DNA of 64,000 bases from Iphione sp. A-MEVVRFRX5 (taxonomy: Eukaryota): the NCBI GenBank assembly GCA_976226885.1, contig OZ320313.1, positions 47,492,001 through 47,556,000 on the forward strand, written 5' to 3'. Shown here one piece after another: positions 1 to 9,205 of this stretch (position 1 is its first letter; each line of letters opens with the position of its first letter). A model generated the notes under the pieces. The model made no database searches and was not told where the DNA came from. It saw only the letters and a list, made by a program, of their open reading frames with translations. A program made the translations under genes and the position numbers.

Positions 1-1
1 T

Positions 2-3000
2 CACCCAACGCGGCTTCCTCCCGTTACCCCGGTTATCGCCCATATGTGCGGCTATCAACGGTGGATTCCTCACCTCGTGCTGCCGCGGCGAATCCCTCGA
101 CGAAGTCAGACGCTGAGTGGCGGCGGCTTCTCCTCGGTCGCTGCGGCCCTGGGTCAATGTTTTCTGGTCAGTGGGTGTAAGTGCGTCCGGCCGGCGCTCG
201 ACACGTGTGGCGTAGATCACAACGCTGTGGATCGTGTGGTGTCGCTCGGGTGCAACTTCCTGCGGCTCCCCTGGCGCCGCCTGGAGTCTAGCGGTCGAAT
301 CACGCGGTATTGCGGTCGGCGGGGTGGGGCCCAGCGCGCTGCCTCTTATATGCAGAGATGCGGCTGCGGCGCCCCCTATCGTCATGGTAAGGCCAAGCGG
401 CTTTGCGGCTTCTTCTCGAACCCGCTGCACCTCGTCCTGTGCCGCTGCGGCTTCTTGAACGCCGCACGTCACCTGGGGGTCGAGATGGGCGATCTTCAGG
501 CGATCAGCATGGACCACTCTCTGCCGATGTCCCCGACTGACTCGGTACACCACTTCGGACAACGCCTTTTCCACGGTCCAAGGCCCCTCCCACCAACTCT
601 GCAACTTCGGGGAGATTCCTTTCTTGCGGGCCGGGGTGAAAAGCCAGACTCGGTCGCCCTCGGCGTAACGTTGGTGTCTCACCCCTCGGTTATACCAGTC
701 CTTCTGCTGTTCGGCCACACGACTCAATTTCTCCGCTACCTTCTCATGCGCCCGGCGGACCTCTTCTGCTATCCGGTTCGCGTACTCCCCGCGATCCACC
801 AGGGGTGGGGCTGGGCCACCATAGCGCAGTTCCACCGGCAGTGTCACCTCTCGGTGCAGCAGCGTCTGGTTCGGTGATTCCCCCGTAGCGTTGTGGGGGG
901 TGGCCCTGTAGGCGGCCATCACAAACGGCAGGGCTTGGTCCCAGTCCTTCCGGCGCTCCTCGGCTAGCGTGCCCAGCATGTTCCCCAAGGTGCGATTAAA
1001 TCACTCGACCACCCCATCACTCTGGGGGTGGTAGGGGGTGGTTCGGGATTTCTCTAACCCGAGGAGTCGTAGTACTTCCACGAACAGTGCCGCCTCGAAG
1101 TTACGGCCCTGGTCCGAATGGAGTACCCGTGGAGGGCCGAAACGGCAAACCACTTCCCTCACGATGATGTCGGCGGTGGCCGCCGCGGTGGCCTCCTCCA
1201 GAGGGAACGCCTCTGTCCACTTCGAGAAGTGGTCGGCCACTACCAGGATATACCTGTTTCCTCTCTCCGTCACAGGAAGTGGCCCCAAAATGTCTGCCGC
1301 CAATACTTCCCACGGCTCCGACACGGGGCGTCCTTGCAGGTGGGCCCGGTGGCGCCTCCCTGGCCCTTTCCTTTGTTGGCATGCCTGACAGCACTGTGAC
1401 CAGCGTGCGACGTCGCGCGACATCCCGGGCCAAAACCAGCGCCGGCGCAGCGCTGCTCCAGTCCTCTCCGGACCAAGGTGGCCACCCACCGGGCCTGCAT
1501 GGGTCTCCTGCCAGAGGCTCTTCCGTATGGCCCGGGGGACGTAGGTCTGAGGGAGCCTCTGCCGGTCCTCTTCTTCCCAAAGGCGCACCAGTGCTCCCGA
1601 TCGGAGCTCAAGTCTCGGGCCCTCCGCTCTGAGCTGTCTTTCTTCCCAGGTCAGTCCAGCCCGCAGCCCAGGGAGGGGCCCCCCTCCTTCCAGCGCTTGG
1701 ATGAGCTCGCCTGTTGCCGGTTCCATCCTCTGCATCTGGCACACGTCTGGACCACCCTCTACTCCGGCGATGCCTACCGCCGCCGCACTCTCGGACTCCA
1801 GGTCTCGCCGGCCGCACTGCTTGCATTCTTGCCGTGATAGTCCGTCAGCGTTACCATGGCGCTTCCCTGGCCAGTGCGTGATCCGAAGGTCATGACAGAA
1901 GACCTCCTCCAACCACCTGGCCAGCTGACCCTGTGGTTCGTGGAAGTTGCACAGCCAGCGCAAGGAATCGTGGTCGGTGCGGATGTCAATGGCCCGGCCC
2001 CCCACATAGCATCTAAACTTCCGGAGGGCGAACACCACCGCCAAGAGTTCCTTCCTCGTAACGCAATAGTTCCGTTCTGGGCGGGTCAGTGTGCGACTGG
2101 CGTAGGCCAGCACCCGCTCGCGCCCCTCCTGCAACTGAGACAACACCGCACCGATGCAAGTGTCCGAAGCATCGGTATCCAGGAGCAGCTGTCCCACAGG
2201 TGTCGGATAACCCAGGATGGGGGTAGTGGACAGCCGGGCCTTCAGCTGTTCGAAGGCTTCTTGACAGGCTGGGGACCACCGAAACTCCTGTTCCGCTCCA
2301 GCCAGGGCATGCAGGGGTGCCGCCAGGGTGGCAAACCCCTCCACAAAGCTGCGGTAGTACGAGCAGAGTCCTAGAAAGCTTCGAAGTTCTGCTACGCACC
2401 GGGGGCGGGGCCATCGCGAGACGGCCCTGATCTTCTCTGGGTCGACTCCCACTCCTTCCGCCGAGACCCGATGGCCCAGGTATGCCACCTCTCTTTGGAA
2501 TAGTTGACACTTGGATGCTTTGACGCGGAGTCCAGCCTCCGTCAGCCTCTGGAACACCGTGCCTAGTCGGGTGCACATCTCCTCCACCGAGTGGCCCAGG
2601 ACGATCACGTCATCGAGATACACTAAGCACTCGGTGCCCACGAGGCCCCGCAGCACGGACTCCATAAGCCGCTCAAAGGTGGAGGGCGCGTTGCAGAGGC
2701 CGAACGGCATTACCCGGAACTGGTAAAGGCCGTTCGGGGTGCACACCGCCGTCTTCTCTGTGTCCGCCGGCTCCATCTCGACCTGCCAGTAGCCGCTGGC
2801 CAGGTTGATCGCGGAAAAGTACTGGCTGCCCTGTAGAGCATCGAGGGTGTCGTCTATCCGGGGGAGGGGGAACGCATCTTTCTTGGTGATGGCGTTGAGT
2901 TTGCGATAGTCGATACAAAACCGCAGTCCCCCATCCTTCTTCTGTACGAGCACCAGCGGGGATGCCCATGGGCTTGTGGAGGGCTCCAGCACCCCCTTCT

Positions 3001-3470
3001 GCACCATCTTGTCTACCTCCGCGCGAACTGCCTCCCTCTTGTGAGGGGGGAGGCGCCTTGCTTGTTGACGAATGGGCGGGTGGCCCTGGGTGTCGATGCG
3101 ATGTCGAACTTCCGGGGTACGCCCGAGCAGACCACTGGCTGTCTGGAAGACCTCGCGATGGCACCGTAGCATGGCCGCTATCTGCTGCCGCTCTGGATCA
3201 GTGGTCTCTACCGGCAGTTGCCCTAGCAAGTATTCTACCGCTTGCTCTTGTTCTGCCTCCACCTGCTCCTGGGGAGCCTCGGATAGTCCAAGCACCGCGG
3301 CGACCTGGCTGAGCTCGGCCAGCCGGGTTCCCTCGAAGACCCGTGTCGCCTGGGGGCCGGGATTCCACACTGGAACCCACACCCTCCCCTCCTAGGGTCG
3401 TACCAGCGCGCGCGCCACTCGTAGTCCCGAGCGTGACTCGAACTGGGCGTCAGCCTCTGTCAACCCTTCC
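2..3470 (-). pseudogene. pol: pol (RT-RNaseH-integrase) with in-frame stops, no protease
   Basis: RT: PWASP, LRFCIDYRKLN, MPFGLCNAP, YLDD. RNaseH: DTDAS, ELLA, TDH, NADGLSR. Integrase: HHCC finger, DILGP, SDQG, VE*FNRTL and a GPW (GPY/F-type) motif. TAG at 3394-3392 and TGA at 1003-1001. After the TGA the frame stays open to the window edge in my hand translation. Confidence 0.95.
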
Positions 3471-4205
3471 AAAGAGTTGCAGCGCCTGTTCCGCTTCATC
3501 CCATCGGTTGGCCCAGGCCACCAGGGAGAAGTGATGCAGATACTCTGCAAGGGGGACCCCTCCACTGAAGGGTTCCGGCTTGACGTGGAACCGGCGCGTC
3601 GGGAGCGCCGGGGGGGCGGGCCGGAGAGCGGTCTGGATCTCATCCATCAGTCCCCGCATCAACTGTACAGCATTTCCCTGTCCGCCCCCGGCCGGGCTCG
3701 GGTTGGGCGGGGAAGGGCCGGCCGGCGGGGCCGCTGGCGGCGGGGGGGCCGGGGTAGCAGGGTCGCGGGGGTTCGCCGTCCCACCTGCCTGTCCTCCTAC
3801 CCCGGTGGGGGTCCCAGGTGTGGTGTCATCACTGCCCCTCCCACGGGGCGAGCCGGCCCCACTGGGCACAGAAGAATCCTCACTGCTGCTGCGGCTCGAC
3901 GAATGGTCCTCGTCGGACAGTGCTGTGCCGCTGCGGCACGACGGGGTGCTGCGGCACGGTCGGGTGCCGCGGCGCAGTGGGGTGCTGCGGCCCCGCGGCA
4001 CACGGTGCGCCCCGAGCCGCACCCCCTCGTCCTCAGTGCTGGAGTCTCCTCTCGTGGGGGACCACTCATGGGGAATGGTACGTCCCACGCGTCCTCCCCG
4101 GGGATCAGGGCGTGCCCCTCTTCCTCGCAGTCGCGGCGCACCTGTGGGTAATTCCTCTATCCCACCGCTGCCACCAATGTAGCGTCCGCTCCGCAAGTAA
4201 GACAT
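3450..4205 (-). pseudogene. gag: Truncated gag
   Basis: ATG at 4205 (MSYLRSGR...), a Pro/Gly-rich linker, then the gag-like block KPEPFSGGVPLAEYLHHFSLVAWANRWDEAEQALQL. The frame then runs out of register at about 3472 with no zinc knuckle. Confidence 0.75.
4159..4176 (-). promoter_or_regulatory. Primer binding site complementary to tRNA-Leu(AAG/TAG) 3' end
   Basis: Minus strand TGGTGGCAGCGGTGGGAT directly after the LTR. It matches my recollection of the metazoan tRNA-Leu 3' end ...ATCCCACCGCTGCCA+CCA. Confidence 0.85.
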
Positions 4206-4487
4206 GACTCCAGTTAAGATAAAGAGGTTTATTCGATAAGAACGATAAAGGCACAAGCAGTAAGCACCAACAGTGAGCACCAAAGGTAATCTGAACTGCC
4301 CGGGTGGGCCAACTCCCTTATATACCCACCCCCAGTCTCCTCAGCATCCGGGTACCGTCCCCTCATACTCCGCAGCACCCCTTCGAGTGCCGCACGGGGG
4401 CGTGCCGCTGCACCCCACCGGTCCGGTCCACTGTGCCGCAGCACCCCTGGCGTGCCGCGGTGCCGCAGCCACGCAGTGGCTCCAACA
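4178..4487 (-). repeat. 5' LTR (about 310 bp)
   Basis: Plus strand begins TGT at 4178 and ends ACA near 4487. On the minus strand TATATAA (4324-4318) lies upstream of AATAAA (4233-4228), and the LTR ends 1 nt before the PBS. The outer boundary comes from the GC drop only, as the second LTR is outside the window. Confidence 0.8.
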
Positions 4488-5839
4488 ATTATGTAGATTA
4501 ATCTTTAACTCATATTCGTACACAGAATCAGTTCTAGAAAAGATATTTTAAATGGTAGCAGTCCTTAACAGGGTATTCATCCTATTATTTTCTGCCTTGT
4601 ATAGACATTTACAAGAATTCTCAAGTTATGTCAATATCCTAACCTAATATATGTATTTATGTGAATTAGCTTATTTACATGACATTTACATGATCACATA
4701 ACTCAAATTTTCCTTGTAAGGAACAAGAATTTCCCAAAAGTAATTTTTACAAAAGATTTTACATGAAAAATTGGCAAAAATAGTTTTTCATAACTAGATA
4801 TCCATTTCCTTATTTTGAACTTTAATATATTTGGTAACCCTTTTCCCATGGCTGCCTGCTAAGATAATGCCAAAAAATACATGTAGATGAGAGGGAACCA
4901 CTGTCAAATTGGATAAATTGGAGCCTCTGTTTTTCTTGTCAGTCTTCACGCCTCGCTGGTTCCTGTGATTGCAGCAACGAACTAGTATTAATTAGATCTG
5001 GCGCTATGGATTATCCTCAGACAAGAATAACTTTGTTTATTCTGTTGTAGTCGATAAATATTCGAATGTACCTAGGTTTGTGCACAGAAACATCTGGAAT
5101 CTTTTTCAAGGATATTGATTTGAAGACACTTTGGACTTTAAATCTGTTTTCGCGCGTTACCCAAATCCCAGCAAACACATAATGTTTTCACAATGTTTTC
5201 AAAAGGTTTTGAAAAGGTTCTCATAAAATGTTATTGTAAAATGTTTTTATAATGTTTTTAAAAGGTTTTCATAAAATGTCATTGTAAAACATTTTTACAA
5301 CATTTTAACAACATTTTCACAATGTTTTGAAAAGGTTTTGAAAAGGTTTTAAGAAAATGTTATTGCAAAACCTTTTTAAAATGTTTTCAAAATGTTTTGA
5401 AAAGGTTTTCATAAAATGTTTTTGTAAAACATTTTTACAATGTTTTTACAACATTTTCAAATTTCACAACATTTTCACTATGTTTTGAAAAGGTTTTGAA
5501 AAGGTTTTAAGAAAATGTTATTCTAAAATGTTTTTAAAATGTTTTCAAAGGGTTCTGAAAAGGTTTTCATAAAATGTCATTGTAAAACATTTTTACAACA
5601 TTTTTACAATGTTTTCACAATGTTTACGAAATGTTTTCAAAAGGTTTTGAAAAGGTTTTCAGAAAATGTTATTATAAAACATTTTTACTATGTTTTTAAA
5701 ATGTTTTCAAAAGGTCTCAAAAAGAGCTTGATAAAATGTTATGAAAATAACGTTTTCAAAACATTTTAATAATGTTTTAAGAATCTTCAAAAGGAGGTCA
5801 GGAGTGATGACAACATATTTACTGAGCTAGTAAGGGGCA

Positions 5840-5917
5840 GACTCAGTGGCCAAATGGATAAGAGTACTGACACCATCAGTGATGCAGAGGACATGGGTTC
5901 AAATCCCCATCAAGGTA
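5840..5917 (+). pseudogene. tRNA-derived segment (tRNA pseudogene or SINE head)
   Basis: A box TGGCCAAATGG (5847-5857), B box GGTTCAAATCC (5896-5906) and an ACTGA/TCAGT stem at the anticodon position. The acceptor stem is degenerate and the loop lacks U33. Confidence 0.65.
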
Positions 5918-5920
5918 ATA

Positions 5921-6604
5921 CAGTAGACTCCCTCGATTCCGGACACCCTTCGTTCTGCGTCAAATCGTCCGCATTTGAGACGCGTCCGCATTGGAGACGC
6001 AGGGTACATACAGACCTGGGGTCAAACTAGAAAATGAACTCCCTTTCTCCCTCTCTCTCTAACCAGTTCAGGTCCAAAAAGTACTGAATTTGACCAGTAA
6101 AAGTCCTAAAAGTACTGAATTTGACCAGTAAAAGTCCTAAAAGTCCTGAATTTGACCAATTTAAGTCCTAAAAGTACTGAATTTGACCAGTAAAAGTAAA
6201 AAAAGTACTGACAACTTGAGCCTTCTTGGAGCCTCCCTGCAGCCCCAAATTCGCGCGACAACACCTCGTCCACAGGGGTTATTCATATCTACCTTTGAAA
6301 ATCACTCCTGGAGCCTCTCTAGGGCCCCAAATTCGCGCGACAACATATACAGAGGTCACCAGACTGATTTCAAGGTGTGAATTCGCATTTAAAAGTGTGA
6401 ATTCGCCCCCGTTTGAAGTGATTTTAGCTGTTTGTCGCGCGACCTTGAGCGTCCGGAGGGAGGCGCCCCCCTCTTTTTATCGTCCGCATTGGAGACGTCA
6501 GCTCATAATGCTTAACAATAGGTAACCAGTTCGTTCTGCGTCAAATCGTCCGCATTTGAGACGCGTCCGCATTGGAGACGCGTCCGCGGGGAGGGAGTGG
6601 CCTG
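5921..6604. mobile_element. TA-flanked pogo/Tc1-mariner-type MITE nested in the CMC-like element
   Basis: TA at 5919-5920 and 6605-6606. Imperfect TIR CAGTAGACTCCCTC / GAGGGAGTGGCCTG. Confidence 0.75.
6072..6212. repeat. 31-bp minisatellite, about 4.5 copies
   Basis: Unit GTCCTAAAAGTACTGAATTTGACCAGTAAAA, preceded by TTTCTCCCTCTCTCT. Confidence 0.95.
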
Positions 6605-8312
6605 TATTTCAAATCATGGAAAAACTAAAACACTCCTGCATAAAAAGTGAAATTACGCAAGAAAAGAGTATTCTAGGAGGATGGAAGTATATATTAAGAG
6701 AAACCAAGGATTATTTACATTTTGAATTTTGAATTTAAATGTTATATAGAAACATTTTGAAAACGTTTTCCCAAAACGTTTCGAAAACGTTTTTTAAAAA
6801 AGGTTTTTTGAAAACATTTGAAAAACATTATTAAGACCATTCACTTTAACATTTTAAAAACATTTTTTTTAAAACATTTTCAAGACATTTAGGAAAACGT
6901 TTTAAAAACGTTTTTGTGTTTGTTGGGAATAGCACCAGTAATACAAAATATACAAATATACAGTATATCCTCACAATTAGGGACACACTTTGTAATGGAT
7001 GTCCCTTATCGTCTGTTTTGGATGTCCCTTATCATCTGTATTTATTCCCACAGAACAATGTCTACCAATAACAAATCGATTAAGAGTAATATCTTTACAG
7101 GACTTTGTTTTACGAGAATTTACTTTCCCAAATGTTTCATACGTTAAATTGATGGTTAATCACTGTCATTCACCAAGCATTTTGCCTTTGTTCAATTTAG
7201 CCCATTATTGTTCCGTCTTTTATGCACGAGCATTCTTCCTTTCGAGTGGAGTGTAAATGGACTTGATAACAGTTCCTTGCCATTTAATGTGACCCAGATA
7301 CGTTTATGCAGCTGTACAGACATGCTACACACTGGCATAAAGAAGACAGACTAGTTCTGTTTTCCCTGCATCGAAAGCCTACAGCCGTATCCTATAAGAC
7401 AAAATGCATTATAAGAGAGAAATAAATTCTTTATCAACGCAAAGTTTGGCGAGTTCTTGGAGCCTATAAACGGTATACTCCTGCAAAGCAGAGAATGTGG
7501 CTGGTCTGTTTGTTTTAATATTCAGTTACCAGGTACCAAATGCCAACGTACCTATGTTGTATCAACAGGTGTGAAACATAGGGAACATTCTACGTACAGC
7601 TGTATGAAGTAGCAAAACAGTGAAAAACAACAAAATGCGGAGAAAATACAAGAAATAAACGAATCCCAAGGGATGGGTGGGAGAGATCTTACAGTAAAAT
7701 GCTGAAAGTATCATATGATTGTTGTCTACAAATAATATATGTAGCTGGAAACATGGATATTTTTTTTCTAGGCCTCACCATATCATAGATTAATGCATTT
7801 ATATTCTTACGTTTTGTCGACAGGCGACTCAATAAAGGCATTGGTAACAATGTCACAGATTTCTTTTATAGAATTCAACGGATTGTGTGAATTAAGCTTA
7901 TAGTAAGCTTGGGAGCATTTACAGATTTTATCACAATTTTATTGAATTTTTCCAATAACGATAGCAAGTCAGAAAACTCATCTACATTTTGTACCAAGGC
8001 ATGACTTCCACTACTGAAATATTTTTGTACTCAGGTCTTTATAGGAAGTGACAACTGTTATGTTTCATGGGCCCCCAAAAATATCTGTTTCTGGTAACAA
8101 GTCGACAAAAAGTCATTAGGTCGCTGGGTTTGTTTTAACACAAATTGTCCAATGAAAGGCTGGACAATACAGGAGAAACTCACTTTGCGACCACCACTTG
8201 GGTCGGCCCAAAATGGTCGTAATTCTGAATATGGTCGCAAAGTGATTGTGGAGGGGGGTCTGGGCTTGAAATCATATCCGTTTCTCCCTCTCTCTTTATT
8301 AACATATGAAAC

Positions 8313-8440
8313 GTCCAAAAAGTGCTGAATTTGATGACTTTAGGTCCAAAAAGTGCTGAATTTGATGACTAAAAGTCCAAAAAGTGATGAATTTGATGAC
8401 TTTAAGTCCAAAAAGTGCTGAATTTGATGACTAAAAGTGA
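8313..8440. repeat. 31-bp minisatellite, 4 copies
   Basis: Unit GTCCAAAAAGTGCTGAATTTGATGACTAAAA, preceded by TTTCTCCCTCTCTCT. Confidence 0.95.
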
Positions 8441-8467
8441 CTCAAAGAGGTGAGACATCAGAGAGGT

Positions 8468-8736
8468 CGCCCCCGACATCCCGCGACCACTCTCGGCCTC
8501 ACCCCTCCAGGGTGAGAGACCATCAAAGACGTCCCCATTGACGCCCCCGACATCCCGCGACCACTCTCGGCCTCACCCCTCCAGGGTGAGAGACCATCAA
8601 AGACATCCCCATTGACACCCCCAACACGCCCGCGACCACTCTCGGCCTCACCCCTCCAGGGTGAGAGACCATCAAAGACGTCCCCGTTGACACCCCCGAC
8701 ATCCCGCGACCACTCTCGGCCTCATCCCTCCAGGGT
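8468..8736. repeat. 74-bp GC-rich tandem repeat, about 3.6 copies
   Basis: Unit anchors at 8475, 8549, 8623 and 8698. Each full unit contains CTCACCC-ctcca-GGGTGAG. Confidence 0.95.
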
Positions 8737-9205
8737 CGGTTGCAAAGTGATATTAAAATGTACTAAAAAGGACCCTAGGAGGTGTGGTCGCAGGGTGAAT
8801 TTGGTCGCAAAGCAATATGGTCGCAAATTGATATGTAATCATATGGTAAATGTACTAAAATTGCTTCCGTTCCGACCCAAAATGGTCGCAATAGTCGATT
8901 TGGTCGCAAAGTGAGGAGGTCGCAAAGTGAGTTTCTCCTGTACTTTACAACCCTGACACAACCACTTCTACAAGTTACTAAAGTGCAGGAAGGAGAGAGA
9001 GGTGAGGACGAAGACAGAGGTAGTCTACGAAGGACTAAAAGAAGGGTGACATAAATGAAGAGATGCATGAGAAGGCTCGACAGGTTGAGAATAAAACAGC
9101 GAGTGGCAAGGAAGGGTAGTAGTGATAGTTTGATTAATTTAATGATTTGTAGGAGACCTGTATAAGATGGGCCGAGGCCCATACATGTTTGATGTTATGT
9201 TGCAG

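Larger units (their letters stand above)
1..4487 (-). mobile_element. Ty3/Gypsy LTR retrotransposon, 5' portion (3' end lies beyond window start), defective
   Basis: Order on the minus strand is LTR, PBS, gag, RT, RNaseH, integrase (Gypsy order). Visibly GC-rich against an AT-rich host, with an abrupt composition change near 4487. Confidence 0.95.
5167..6927. mobile_element. Non-autonomous CMC/EnSpm-like DNA transposon with long subterminal repeats
   Basis: TIR CCCAGCAAACACA / TGTGTTTGTTGGG (1 mismatch), AAT on both flanks (5164-5166, 6928-6930), and arms built from AAAGGTTTT/AATGTTTT/AAAACGTTTT repeats (5180-5780, 6745-6915). Superfamily call is inferred. Confidence 0.8.
8170..8940. mobile_element. 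TA-flanked pogo/Tc1-mariner-type MITE
   Basis: Perfect 23-bp TIR CAGGAGAAACTCACTTTGCGACC / GGTCGCAAAGTGAGTTTCTCCTG, TA on both sides (8168-8169, 8941-8942), and subterminal GGTCGCAAA repeats. Confidence 0.92.

Noticed and set aside
44-4551. Many overlapping ORFs on both strands (e.g. 44-877, 1856-2374, 3477-4151)
   Set aside because: They are shadows of the GC-rich gag/pol frames and have no motifs of their own.
5539-5769. 76-aa ORF
   Set aside because: It is a translation of the transposon subterminal repeats.
5840-5917. Functional tRNA gene
   Set aside because: The acceptor stem does not pair, the D stem is weak and the anticodon loop lacks the conserved U.
8468-8736. CRISPR-like appearance of hairpin-containing repeats
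   Set aside because: Units are near-identical end to end with no unique spacers, there are no cas genes, and the context is eukaryotic.
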